Positions 63,607 through 64,000 of a stretch of DNA of 64,000 nt are shown piece after piece. How positions within the stretch are numbered: position 1 is the first letter of the stretch; each line of letters begins with the position of its first letter. The notes under the pieces were generated by a model that saw only the letters and a program-made list of their open reading frames with translations, was not told the DNA's origin and did no database searches. Origin of the DNA: an uncultured Myxococcales bacterium (GTDB lineage Bacteria > Myxococcota_A > Polyangia > Polyangiales > Polyangiaceae); assembly GCA_937902985.1 (NCBI GenBank), contig CALFNG010000206.1:3097-67096 (forward strand), given 5' to 3'. Both the position numbers and the translations under genes were made by a program.

Positions 63607-64000
63607 TCAGGGCGACGCCGTGGGCGTGCCTACGCTGGTGACGTTGGATACGGGTGCCGTGGCGCCCGAAGCGAGCGTGATCTCGGGCGAGCCCGATGCG
63701 AACGAGACGTTCGCGACCACGCCGCTGACGCTCTGGGAAACGGCGACGGAAGCGCCGTCGGTGTTCGTCGCGCTCACGCTCACCGAGTAAGTGCCGGCCG
63801 GCTGCACCTGCCCGCTGTCGCCGCGACCGTCCCAGGGGACGGTCATTCCGCCCGCGGCGTGCGGGCCGAGGTTGAGGGTGCGTACCGGGTTTCCGCTGGC
63901 GTCGGTGATCGTCGCGACGACCGACGACGCCGGGGCGGCGAGGAGTGCATTCGCCGGCGTCGCGAGCGTTCCGTTGAACGACAGCGATGAACCGTTGAGG
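63607..64000 (-). CDS. flgD: Flagellar hook-capping/assembly protein FlgD, C-terminal part; the gene continues beyond the right edge
   Basis: The frame is open to position 64000. It reads ...VVATITDASGNPVRTLNLGPHAAGGMTVPWDGRGDSGQVQPAGTYSVSVSATN...VSGVVANVSF, the FlgD Ig-like/Tudor pattern. Confidence 0.75.
   Translation of the reverse strand, partial: LNGSSLSFNGTLATPANALLAAPASSVVATITDASGNPVRTLNLGPHAAGGMTVPWDGRGDSGQVQPAGTYSVSVSATNTDGASVAVSQSVSGVVANVSFASGSPEITLASGATAPVSNVTSVGTPTASP

Noticed and set aside
1-64000. tRNA, rRNA or tmRNA genes.
   Set aside because: I scanned by eye for T-arm GGTTCGAATCC/GGTTCAA-type boxes. The only partial matches (near 13050, 28135 and 46381) lie inside well-supported coding frames and lack cloverleaf context. 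This visual scan is not exhaustive.

Overview
This is a very GC-rich bacterial chromosomal window. Third codon positions are almost always G/C, and there are many long Arg/Pro-rich shadow ORFs in wrong frames, which I ignored.

The gene content suggests a Myxococcota (Polyangiia-type) genome. It includes a Ser/Thr kinase with TPR, an OmpA protein with thrombospondin-3 repeats, several sigma-54 activators and animal-like peroxisomal enzymes. This placement is inference only.

Layout:
- 1-5.5 kb: housekeeping and signalling genes, plus two decayed genes (MAPEG and AraC remnants).
- 5.6-9.8 kb: a small accessory relic island with a toxin-antitoxin remnant, IS/integrase fragments in inverted orientation and two secreted lipoproteins.
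- 9.8-24.3 kb: manC, a PPTase, a Ser/Thr kinase, a DUF3494 + OmpA/TSP3 pair, an SCPx-type thiolase with an MFE-2-like enzyme carrying three SCP2 domains, and pgi with an in-frame 12-bp repeat insertion.
- 24.4-29.9 kb: a stand-alone NuoH/NuoL/NuoM-like trio with extra soluble domains. The canonical charged residues appear substituted. This is my top candidate for an undescribed system.
- 29.9-34.4 kb: a partial ATP synthase operon (b', b, delta, alpha, gamma only).
- 34.6-41.8 kb: peroxiredoxin, a c-di-GMP/two-component module, a second FliA-family sigma behind a well-spaced sigma-54 promoter candidate, and an NtrC-type activator.
- 42.4-47.5 kb: three GT2-TPR paralogues plus an FkbM methyltransferase.
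- 47.5-64 kb: a flagellar locus. It runs from a sigma-54 activator through fliS, fliD, fliC, a flgJ-like gene, flgF, fliA, flhF, flhA, flhB, fliRQPONML and flgE to flgD, with many ATGA/GTGA coupled junctions and no flhG.

Several perfect 8-20 bp tandem repeats are scattered through the window. I found no tRNA, rRNA or CRISPR array.
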